Part shown: piece after piece, positions 46,901 through 58,415 of the stretch
How the letters are laid out: every line of letters starts with the position of its first letter
Numbering within the stretch: position 1 is the stretch's first letter
Assembly (NCBI GenBank): GCA_965112735.1
Contig: OZ218953.1
Coordinates: forward strand, 124,001-188,000
DNA length: 64,000 nucleotides
Direction of reading: 5' to 3'
DNA from: Phaeosaccion multiseriatum
Taxonomy: Eukaryota; Protista; Ochrophyta, other classes
Made by a program: the position numbers and the translations under genes
Notes under the pieces: model-generated
What the model saw: the letters and a program-made list of their open reading frames with translations, nothing else
Database searches by the model: none
What the model was told of the DNA's origin: nothing

Positions 46901-48329
46901 GCTAGCTGGAATGGCGCCAAACAGGGCATGGACTGGGCTCAAAAGGCCCAATCTTGCCCTTCGCTCGACCCTACACGCCCCAAGCGGGCCTTGGAAGGGC
47001 ACAAGCATCCGAAACGAGGCATTTGCTGGCCACGAAGTGCCCACATCGGGCATGGGTCGAGCACGAATCGCCCGAGCCAGACACTTGCTAGCTGGAATGG
47101 CGCCAAACAGGGCATGGACTGGGCTCGAAAGGCCCAATCTTGCCCTTCGCTCGACCCAACACGCCCCAAGCGGGCCTTGGAAGGGCACAAGCATCCGAAA
47201 CGAGGCATTTGCTGGCCACGAAGTGCCTACATCGGGCATGGGTCGAGCACGAATCGCCCGAGCCAGACACTTGCTAGCTGGAATGGCGCCAAACAGGGCA
47301 TGGACTGGGCTCGAAAGGCCCAATCTCGCCCTTCGCTCGACCCATCCAACACGCCCCCCAAACGGGCATTTGAAGGGCACAAGCATCCGAAACGAGGCAT
47401 TTGCTGGCCACGAAGTGCCTACATCGGGCATGGGTCGAGCACGAAAGGCCCAACTCAGACACTTGCTAGCTGGAATGACGCCAAACAGGGCATGGACTGG
47501 GCTCAAAAGGCCCAATCTTGCTCTTCGCTCGACCCAACACGCCCCAAGCGGGCCTTGGAAGGGCACAAGCATCCGAAACGAGGCATTTGCTGGCCACGAA
47601 GTGCCCACATCGGGCATGGGTCGAGCACGAATCGCCCGAGCCAGACACTTGCTAGCTGGAATGGCGCCAAACAGGGCATGGACTGGGCTCAAAAGGCCCA
47701 ATCTTGCTCTTCGCTCGACCCAACACGCCCCAAGCGGGCATTTGAAGGGCACAAGCATCCGAAACGAGGCATTTGCTGGCCACGAAGTGCCTACATCGGG
47801 CATGGGTCGAGCACGAATCGCCCGAGCCAGACACTTGCTAGCTGGAATGGCGCCAAACAGGGCATGGACTGGGCTCAAAAGGCCCAATCTTGCCCTTCGC
47901 TCGACCCTACACGCCCCAAGCGGGCCTTGGAAGGGCACAAGCATCCGAAACGAGGCATTTGCTGGCCACGAAGTGCCCACATCGGGCATGGGTCGAGCAC
48001 GAATCGCCCGAGCCAGACACTTGCTAGCTGGAATGGCGCCAAACAGGGCATGGACTGGGCTCGAAAGGCCCAATCTTGCCCTTCGCTCGACCCAACACGC
48101 CCCAAGCGGGCCTTGAAAGGGCACAAGCATCCGAAACGAGGCATTTGCTGGCCACGAAGTGCCCACATCGGGCATGGGTCGAGCACGAATCGCCCGAGCC
48201 AGACACTTGCTAGCTGGAATGGCGCCAAACAGGGCATGGACTGGGCTCGAAAGGCCCAATCTCGCCCTTCGCTCGACCCAGCCAACACGCCCCCCAAACG
48301 GGCATTTGAAGGGCACAAGCATCCGAAAC
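43920..48329 (+). repeat. 186-bp satellite array (~24 monomers) with 936-bp 5-mer higher-order repeat
   Basis: 186-bp periodicity; a 192-bp variant monomer recurs every 936 bp (~45470, 46406, 47342, 48278). Confidence 0.97.
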
Positions 48330-51300
48330 AGCCTGTTCAGCAGCGCAGCAACGGAACTTTGTTTCTCGCGGAACAGAGACGAGGACGAGGTGGGAGACAT
48401 GGGAGCCAGCAGGGCGAAGCGTCAGCGTAGGTGCTTGGTACCGCCCCAAGGGGGGGGTCCCCTCTGGGGAGATGTACAGTATGTCAGTGAAGCAGGGAAT
48501 TTTGATTTTTCAGAAGAGGAGAGACCTTGGCGTGTGCTGTCACTTACTGAGGCGGCGGAGACAGAGCCCAGGAAGAGTGGAACACACTGTCAAGGAGGAG
48601 AGTAGATACTGGTGTGGTGGAAAGCGAGCCTCTTGTCCTGGGCCCGGACAAAGCGCTTGTGTTGGCCAAGGGGATCCGCCTGGTGTTGCGAGCCGGGATC
48701 CTCGTGGAAGAGGGAGGAAGAGCTAGGGAGACTGTGTCTGGTGTTGCGTGCCGACAGTCTCCACGGTCTTGCGTGCCGGAACTCTTCTTTTCTTTCCTTT
48801 GCCGGTGTTGCGGGGCTCTATGGCTTGGGACAAGCGGTGTCTGGTGTTGCGTGCCGACCGCCTCCACGGTGTTGCGTGCCGGCGCCTTTTGCCCTCTGCG
48901 CCCTTTCTTCCTTGCTGGTATCGCCGTAGGATCCGCGTCCGGTGTTGAGGCCGACGCCCTACTCATCTCTCCGCCCTCTCCTCTCTCCCGTGGCCCAAGG
49001 TTTGGGGGGGGTGGTCCACGGCATTTTTTGTCTTTTTGCGAGGCGAAAGGGGCTCCCGGGTGACGGCAGGCCCCTTAGCTCTTCCAGGTGTCTGTCTGTA
49101 TGTTTGTGTGTGTATGTTTCGACGGTGTTTCTGTGTGTAGGGTGCGTATTTCCTGTGTTTGGCGTGCGAATAAGGGCCTCCTCCACAAAGGAGGCTGGCT
49201 CTGCGCGCGGTGACAACAGCGGCTCATCCCTCGCCATTCCGGCCCTCAGCGGCGGGCGGGGCAGTTCCAGGCAACAGCAGCCGTGGTCACTGCCCCTACA
49301 CACGATGTGTGTTTGTATCTGTGTGTGCTGGTCTGCGTCTGTGTGTGCTAGTGTGCGTTTGTGGGTCCTGGTGTCCCTGTATTGTGCCTTTGTCTATGTC
49401 TGTGTGCCTGTGAATGTTTGTGTACGTCTGCGTGTTTAAGTGTACCTCCCTTGTTGTTGGAGTGTCTCCCACCTACAACAGCAGTATGGCCAGAAGGAGG
49501 CGTACGTGGTCGCCACTGGGCTTGCCTGCAGTCTCTCTGGATGGGTGGGGGCGTAGCTGACCTTCGATACGGGAGCTCGCACGGCTCACCTCCGGCAGCT
49601 ACATCCGAGAGACATATCGGGCCGAGGAGCGGCGAAGGGAAGGAGACGGACTACAGCTGTACCTCCCTCACCATCTCGAACGCATGGGAAGGGGAGGGGG
49701 GGGGTCCGATGGAGGCTCAGCTCTCAGGACAAACAGCAACCGCCAGGCAGTTAGTACGAGCGTCAAAGGTGGCAGCATGGATGCGAAGGCAGCTATTCGG
49801 GCTGTTGGAAGGAACCGGAGAGCCCTTTGATGGTGGTTGGCGCCTCTAGTTTGCGTGTGGAGCGGATATGGGACCTGTGGCCATAACAGCGAACCGATGG
49901 GCGACAAGAGAGGCACAGCATACGAGGGAGAATTGGGAATTGGAAGGCGGCATTGGGAGTGCACGGTACTCGCATTTCGGGAGGTACGGCAGCGTTTGGT
50001 GACCGTCTACGGAGTGTACGGCGATGTACGTCGTCCGGTGCTGAAGGAAATTGGGGCATTGAGCAATCTGGCTACTTATCTGTAATGGACGGCGGAAGCA
50101 TGACGTTTGGTCGTTCACCACAGCTATGGAGTGGAAGTCGGGGCCTGCCTGTGATGCAGAAGAGAAGGTGATGGATTTTTCGGCGTTGGGGCTCGTGAGC
50201 GGTGTGAACATGGAGGATGGGAGAGAACAGGGCTTGTGGCTCGCTCTGCTTGCACGACTCACTTGCAGTAGTATGGATGGACTACCCTCTTGCTATCGTG
50301 CTCGGTGGTCGAGGGATTGATGCCGCCGCGCTTGAGATATTGGACTTGTTCATTTTTCGGGCCCGCAGCACCGAGGTGTTTTGCATTCGTTGTATTGCTC
50401 AGCTGGTACAGCGGAAGTCCGCGGCGGACGGTTGGAATCGCAGCGGAGTGGTCTTGGTACGGCGTGTGCAGAAGGGTAACTTCTACGAGTTGATGTTCGA
50501 AGAGCTTGGAGCGGAAACATGAGCGCTTCTGTGAGGGCATTTTCGGCTTTTCTACAGGGGTTGGATATATGGACACTTCTGGATCTGTGATTCCGGAAAG
50601 AATCCGAATTTGCTGGTTTGGGCGCGCTTTGCTGCTTCCACCAGCCGTGCCAGAGGACTGCGCAGTGTATTTCGCTCAGTGGCTCGCCTCCCCCCCAGCA
50701 CACCATCCCAAGCGAGTGGGGGGTGTGTGATGGTCAGCAGGGGACGTGCGAAGGGACCTCTTCAAAGGACACTGACTCTGCCCGTGGCGACACCAGCGGC
50801 TCCTCCCTCGCCATCATTCCTCCCCCAGCAGCGGGGAGCGCAGCCCTTGGCAACAGCACCAGCAGCCCTACACCGGTACACGCGGCGGGTGTTTGTATGT
50901 GTGTGTGTACTGGTGTGCGTCTGTGTCTACTGGTGCCCCTGTATGTGTATTATTATGTCTGTGTGCGTATGAATGTTTGTGTATCTTTGTGTTTTGTGTA
51001 CCGGCCGACTACGATCGGGAGAGTGGGCTCTCGACTAGGCTGGGGCAGGTGCTGCTGCACCCTCGCAGCGCACCGGTGGGTACTCGGATGGGTGGGGGTG
51101 AAGCGGGACTTGGGGTGCTCACTGCGGTGGCACCCCAAGCTCCACTACATCCGAAACCCGGTGCCCGCCTCCCTCCATGGAGGCGGCCCCCTTGGAGGCG
51201 CTCTGCGCTCCCGAGGTGGGACTCCCTCACGGGACTGCCCCCCCCTACTAATGATGAGTCCTTCCCCCAACGTTAGCTACCCCTGGTCCACGACCTCTCC

Positions 51301-51502
51301 ACCTGCGGAGCAGGTGGGCACTTGGGAGTCCAGCCCTATTCCTCTTGGCCTCGAACACGGCGTGGATGTGGATAGTCCTCAGCATGCATACCGCGACGCC
51401 TTGGAGCGGGAGTCGGACATCTCCCGGGCCCTCGCCTACGACTGAAGGGAGGAGGCCTCTCACTGGCTTCCCACCTTCGCCCGAGCGCCGCGACCGCGCG
51501 AA
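48330..51502 (+). mobile_element. Element X (3173 bp, non-coding, ends AGCCTGTTCAGC...ACCGCGCGAA)
   Basis: The same ends recur in multiple copies; the satellite is contiguous across the X+Y block. Confidence 0.65.
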
Positions 51503-52429
51503 AGCCTGTTCAGCAGCGCAGCAACGGAACTTTGTTTCTCGCGGAACAGAGACGAGGACGAGGTGGGAGACATGGGAGCCAGCAGGGCGAAGCGTCAGCG
51601 TAGGTGCTTGGTACCGCCCCAAGGGGGGGGTCCCCTCTGGGGAGATGTACAGTATGTCAGTGAAGCAGGGAATTTAGATTTTTCAGAAGAGGAGAGACCT
51701 TGGCGTGTGCTGTCACTTACTGAGGCGGCGGAGACAGAGCCCAGGAAGAGTGGAACACACTGTCAAGGAGGAGAGTAGATACTGGTGTGGTGGAAAGCGA
51801 GCCTCTTGTCCTGGGCCCGGACAAAGCGCTTGTGTTGGCCAAGGGGATCCGCCTGGTGTTGCGAGCCGGGATCCTCGTGGAAGAGGGAGGAAGAGCTAGG
51901 GAGACTGTGTCTGGTGTTGCGTGCCGACAGTCTCCACGGTCTTGCGTGCCGGAACTCTTCTTTTCTTTCCCACCCACCCACCCTCAGTCTTAGTTTTAGT
52001 TTTAGATACTCATACATTATGGGGGTGAAGCGGGACTTGGGGTGCTCACTGCGGTGGCACCCCAAGCTCCACTACATCCGAAACCCGGTGCCCGCCTCCC
52101 TCCATGGAGGCGGCCCCCTTGGAGGCGCTCTGCGCTCCCGAGGTGGGACTCCCTCACGGGACTGCCCCCCCCTACTAATGATGAGTCCTTCCCCCAACGT
52201 TAGCTACCCCTGGTCCACGACCTCTCCACCTGCGGAGCAGGTGGGCACTTGGGAGTCCAGCCCTATTCCTCTTGGCCTCGAACACGGCGTGGATGTGGAT
52301 AGTCCTCAGCATGCATACCGCGACGCCTTGGAGCGGGAGTCGGACATCTCCCGGGCCCTCGCCTACGACTGAAGGGAGGAGGCCTCTCACTGGCTTCCCA
52401 CCTTCGCCCGAGCGCCGCGACCGCGCGAA
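51503..52429 (+). mobile_element. Element Y: 927-bp internally deleted X, head-to-tail with X
   Basis: Both X ends retained; centre replaced by ~48 bp of filler. Confidence 0.7.
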
Positions 52430-53125
52430 GAGGCATTTGCTGGCCACGAAGTGCCTACATCGGGCATGGGTCGAGCACGAAAGGCCCAACTCAGACACTT
52501 GCTAGCTGGAATGACGCCAAACAGGACATAGGCCCAATCTTGCTCTTCGCTCGACCCAACACGCCCCAAGCGGGCATTTGAACGGCACAAGCATCCGAAA
52601 CGAGGCATTTGCTGGCCACGAAGTGCCTACATCGGGCATGGGTCGAGCACGAATCGCCCGAGCCAGACACTTGCTAGCTGGAATGGCGCCAAACAGGGCA
52701 TGGGTTGGGCTCGAAAGGCCCAATCTCGCCCTTCGCTCGACCCAACACGCCCCAAGCGGGCCTTTGAAGGGCACAAGCATCCGAAACGAGGCATTTGCTG
52801 GCCACGAAGTGCCTACGTCGGGCATGGGTCGAGCACGAATCGCCCGAGCCAGACACTTGCTAGATGGAATGGCGCCAAACAGGGCATGGACTGGGCTCAA
52901 AAGGCCCAATCTTGCTCTTCGCTCGACCCAACACGCCCCAAGCGGGCATTTGAAGGGCACAAGCATCCGAAACGAGGCATTTGCTGGCCACGAAGTGCCT
53001 ACGTCGGGCATGGGTCGAGCACGAATCGCCCGAGCCAGACACTTGCTAGATGGAATGGCGACAAACAGGGCATGGACTGGGCTCGAAAGGCCCAATCTCG
53101 CCCTTCGCTCGACCCAACACGCCCC
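52430..53125 (+). repeat. 186-bp satellite segment (~3.7 monomers) at the centre of the inverted arrangement
   Basis: Satellite sequence flanked by oppositely oriented Y copies. Confidence 0.95.
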
Positions 53126-54979
53126 TTCGCGCGGTCGCGGCGCTCGGGCGAAGGTGGGAAGCCAGTGAGAGGCCTCCTCCCTTCAGTCGTAGGCGAGGGC
53201 CCGGGAGATGTCCGACTCCCGCTCCAAGGCGTCGCGGTATGCATGCTGAGGACTATCCACATCCACGCCGTGTTCGAGGCCAAGAGGAATAGGGCTGGAC
53301 TCCCAAGTGCCCACCTGCTCCGCAGGTGGAGAGGTCGTGGACCAGGGGTAGCTAACGTTGGGGGAAGGACTCATCATTAGTAGGGGGGGGCAGTCCCGTG
53401 AGGGAGTCCCACCTCGGGAGCGCAGAGCGCCTCCAAGGGGGCCGCCTCCATGGAGGGAGGCGGGCACCGGGTTTCGGATGTAGTGGAGCTTGGGGTGCCA
53501 CCGCAGTGAGCACCCCAAGTCCCGCTTCACCCCCATAATGTATGAGTATCTAAAACTAAAACTAAGACTGAGGGTGGGTGGGTGGGAAAGAAAAGAAGAG
53601 TTCCGGCACGCAAGACCGTGGAGACTGTCGGCACGCAACACCAGACACAGTCTCCCTAGCTCTTCCTCCCTCTTCCACGAGGATCCCGGCTCGCAACACC
53701 AGGCGGATCCCCTTGGCCAACACAAGCGCTTTGTCCGGGCCCAGGACAAGAGGCTCGCTTTCCACCACACCAGTATCTACTCTCCTCCTTGACAGTGTGT
53801 TCCACTCTTCCTGGGCTCTGTCTCCGCCGCCTCAGTAAGTGACAGCACACGCCAAGGTCTCTCCTCTTCTGAAAAATCTAAATTCCCTGCTTCACTGACA
53901 TACTGTACATCTCCCCAGAGGGGACCCCCCCCTTGGGGCGGTACCAAGCACCTACGCTGACGCTTCGCCATGCTGGCTCCCATGTCTCCCACCTCGTCCT
54001 CGTCTCTGTTCCGCGAGAAACAAAGTTCCGTTGCTGCGCTGCTGAACAGGCTTTCGCGCGGTCGCGGCGCTCGGGCGAAGGTGGGAAGCCAGTGAGAGGC
54101 CTCCTCCCTTCAGTCGTAGGCGAGGGCCCGGGAGATGTCCGACTCCCGCTCCAAGGCGTCGCGGTATGCATGCTGAGGACTATCCACATCCACGCCGTGT
54201 TCGAGGCCAAGAGGAATAGGGCTGGACTCCCAAGTGCCCACCTGCTCCGCAGGTGGAGAGGTCGTGGACCAGGGGTAGCTAACGTTGGGGGAAGGACTCA
54301 TCATTAGTAGGGGGGGGCAGTCCCGTGAGGGAGTCCCACCTCGGGAGCGCAGAGCGCCTCCAAGGGGGCCGCCTCCATGGAGGGAGGCGGGCACCGGGTT
54401 TCGGATGTAGTGGAGCTTGGGGTGCCACCGCAGTGAGCACCCCAAGTCCCGCTTCACCCCCATAATGTATGAGTATCTAAAACTAAAACTAAGACTGAGG
54501 GTGGGTGGGTGGGAAAGAAAAGAAGAGTTCCGGCACGCAAGACCGTGGAGACTGTCGGCACGCAACACCAGACACAGTCTCCCTAGCTCTTCCTCCCTCT
54601 TCCACGAGGATCCCGGCTCGCAACACCAGGCGGATCCCCTTGGCCAACACAAGCGCTTTGTCCGGGCCCAGGACAAGAGGCTCGCTTTCCACCACACCAG
54701 TATCTACTCTCCTCCTTGACAGTGTGTTCCACTCTTCCTGGGCTCTGTCTCCGCCGCCTCAGTAAGTGACAGCACACGCCAAGGTCTCTCCTCTTCTGAA
54801 AAATCTAAATTCCCTGCTTCACTGACATACTGTACATCTCCCCAGAGGGGACCCCCCCCTTGGGGCGGTACCAAGCACCTACGCTGACGCTTCGCCATGC
54901 TGGCTCCCATGTCTCCCACCTCGTCCTCGTCTCTGTTCCGCGAGAAACAAAGTTCCGTTGCTGCGCTGCTGAACAGGCT
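53126..54979 (-). mobile_element. Two tandem Y copies (53126-54052, 54053-54979)
   Basis: 927-bp periodicity; reverse complement of 51503-52429. Confidence 0.8.
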
Positions 54980-57900
54980 TTCGCGCGGTCACGGCGCTCG
55001 GGCGAAGGTGGGGAGCCAGTGAGAGGCCTCCTCCCTTCAGTCGTAGGCGAGGGCCCGGGAGATGTCCGACTCCCGCTCCAAGGCGTCGCAGTATGCAGGC
55101 TGAGGGCTATCCACATCCACGCCGTAGCCGGCTGTTCGAGGCCAAGAGGAATAGGGCTGGACTCCCAGGTGGCCACCTGCTCCGCAGGTGGAGAGGTCGT
55201 GGACCAGGGGTAGCTAACGTTGGGGGAAGGACTCATCATTAGTAGGGGGGGGCAGTCCCGTGAGGGACTCCCACCTTGGGAGCGCAGAGCGCCTCCAAGG
55301 GGGCCGCCTCCATGGAGGGAGGCGGGCACCGGGTTTCGGATGTAGTGGAGCTTGGGGTGCCACCGCAGTGAGCACCCCAAGTCCCGCTTCACCCCCACCC
55401 ATCCGAGTACCCACCGGTGCGCTGCGAGGGTGCAGCAGCACCTGCCCCAGCCTAGTCGAGAGCCCACTCTCCCGATCGTAGTCGGCCGGTACACAAAACA
55501 CAAAGATACACAAACATTCATACGCACACAGACATAATAATACACATACAGGGGCAACAGTAGACGCAGACGCACACCAGTACACACACACATATAAACA
55601 CCCGCCGCGTGTACCGGTGTAGGGCTGCTGGTGTTGTTGCCAAGGGCTGCGCTCCCCGCTGCTGGGGGAGGAATGATGGCGAGGGAGGAGCCGCTGGTGT
55701 CGCCACGGGCAGAGTCCGTGTCCTTTGAAGAGGTCCCTTCGCACGCCCCCTGCTGACCATCACACACCCCCCACTCGCTTGGGATGGTGTGCGGGGGGGG
55801 GGGCGAGCCACTGAGCGAAATACACTGCGCAGTCCTCTGGCACGGCTGGTGGAAGCAGCAAAGCGCGCCCAAACCGGCAAATTCGGATTCTTTTCGGAAT
55901 CACAGATCCAAAAGTGTCCATATATCCAACCCCTGTAGAAAAGCCGAAAATGCCCTCACCGAAGCGCTCATGTTTTCCGCTCCAAGCTCTTCGAACATCA
56001 ACTCGTAGAAGTTACCCTTCTGCACACGCCGTACCAAGACCACTCCGCTGCGATTCCAACCGTCCGCCGCGGACTTCCGCTGTACCAGCTGAGCAATACA
56101 ACGAATGCCAAACACCTCGGTGCTGCGGGCCCGAAAAATGAACAAGTCCAATATCTCAAGCGCGGCGGCACCAATCCCTCGACCACCGAGCACGATAGCA
56201 AGAGGGTAGTCCATCCATACTACCGGAAGTAAGTCGTGCAAGCAGAGCGAGCCACAAGCCCTGTTCTCTCCCATCCTCCATGTTCACACCGCTCACGAGC
56301 CCCAACGCCGAAAAAACCATCACCTTCTCTTCTGCATCACAGGCAGGCCCCGACTTCCACTCCATAGCTGTTGTGAACGACCAAACATCATGCTTCCGCC
56401 GTCCGTTACAGATAAGTAGCCAGATTGCTCAATGCCCCAATTTCCTTCAGCACCGGACGACGTACATCGCCGTACACTCCGTAGACGGTCACCAAACGCT
56501 GCCGTACCTCCCGAAATGCGAGTACCGTACACTCCCAATGCCGCCTTCCAATTCCCAATTCTCCCTCGTATGCTGTGCCTCTCTTGTCGCCCATCGGTTC
56601 GCTGTTATGGCCACAGGTCCCATATCCGCTCCACACGGAAACTCGAGGCGCCAACCACGATCAAAGGGCTCTCCGGTTCCTTCCAACAGCCCGAATAGCT
56701 GCCTTCGCATCCATGCTGCCACCTTTGACGCTCGTACTAACTGCCTTGCGGTTGCTGTTTGTCCTGAGAGCTGAGCCTCCATCGGACCCCCCCCCTCCCC
56801 CTCCCATGCGTTCGAGATGGTGAGGGAGGTACAGCTGTAGTCCGTCTCCTTCCCTTCGCCGCTCCTCGGCCCGATATGTCTCTCGGATGTAGCTGCCGGA
56901 GGTGAGCCGTGCGAGCTCCCGTATCGAAGGTCAGCTACGCCCCCACCCATCCAGAGAGACTGCAGGCAAGCCCAGTGGCGACCACGTACGCCTCCTTCTG
57001 GCCATACTGCTGTTGTAGGTGGGAGACACTCCAACAACAAGGGAGGTACACTTAAAGACGCAGACGTACACAAACATTCACAGGCACACAGATATAGACA
57101 AAGGCACAATACAGGGACACCAGCACCCACAAACGCACACTAGCACACACAGACGCAGACCAGCACACACAGATACAAACACACATCGTGTGTAGGGGCA
57201 GTGACCACGGCTGCTGTTGCCTAGGACTGCCCCGCCCGCCGTTGAGGGCCGGAATGGCGAGGGATGAGCCGCTGTTGTCACCGCGCGCAGAGCCAGCCTC
57301 CTTTGCGGAGGAGGCCCATATTCGCACGCCAAACACAGGAAATACGCACCCTACACACAGAAACACCGTCTGGACATACACACACAAACATACAGACAAA
57401 CACCTGGAAGAGCTAAGGGGCCTGCCGTCACCCGGGAGCCCCTTTCGTCTCGTAAAAAGACAAAAAATGCCGTGGACCACACCCCCCAAACCTTGGGCCA
57501 CGGGAGAGAGGAGAGGGCGGAGAGATGAGTAGGGCGTCGGCCTCAACACCGGACGCGGATCCTACGGCGATACCAGCAAGGAAGAAAGGGCGAAGAGGGC
57601 AAAAGGCGCCGGCACTCAACACCGGGGAGGCGGTCGGCACTCAACACCAGACACCGCTCCTAAGCCGTAGAGCCCCACAACACCGGCAAAGGGAAAGAAA
57701 AGAAGAGTTCCGGCACTCAACACCGTGGACACTGTCGGCACTCAACACCAGACACAGTCTCCCTATCTCTCCTTCCCTCGCCCACGAGGACCCCGGCACT
57801 CAACACCAGGCGGGTCCCCTTGGCCGACACAAGCGCTCTGTCCGGGCCCAGGACAAGAGGCTCGCTTTCCACCACACCAGTATCTACTCTCCTCCTTGAC

Positions 57901-58160
57901 AGTGTGCTCCACTCTTCCTGGGCTCTGTCTCCGCCGCCTCAGTAAGTGACAGCGCACGCCAAGGTCTCTCCTCTTCTGAAAAATCTAAATTCCCTGCTTC
58001 ACTGACATACTGTACATCTCCCCAGAGGGGACCCCCCCCCTTGGGGCGGTACCAAGCACCTACGCTGACGCTTCGCCCTGCTGGCTCCCATGTCTCCCAC
58101 CTCTTCCTCGTCTCTGTTCCGCGAGAAACAAAGTTCCGTTGCTGCGCTGCTGAACAGGCT
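54980..58160 (-). mobile_element. Element X, inverted copy 2
   Basis: Reverse complement of 48330-51502 with scattered substitutions and indels. Confidence 0.75.
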
Positions 58161-58415
58161 TGCTTGTGCCCTTCAAAGGCCCGCTTGGGGCGTGTTGGGT
58201 CGAGCGAAGGGCGAGATTGGGCCTTTCGAGCCCAACCCATGCCCTGTTTGGCGCCATTCCAGCTAGCAAGTGTCTGGCTCGGGCGATTCGTGCTCGACCC
58301 ATGCCCGATGTAGGCACTTCGTGGCCAGCAAATGCCTCGTTTCGGATGCTTGTGCCCTTCAAAGGCCCGCTTGGGGCGTGTTGGGTCGAGCGAAGAGCAA
58401 GATTGGGCCTATGTC
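58161..58415 (-). repeat. 186-bp satellite fragment, minus orientation
   Basis: Reverse-complement monomer sequence. Confidence 0.92.

Noticed and set aside
43920-48329. Hammerhead ribozyme in the satellite monomer
   Set aside because: No CUGANGA core on either strand of the consensus
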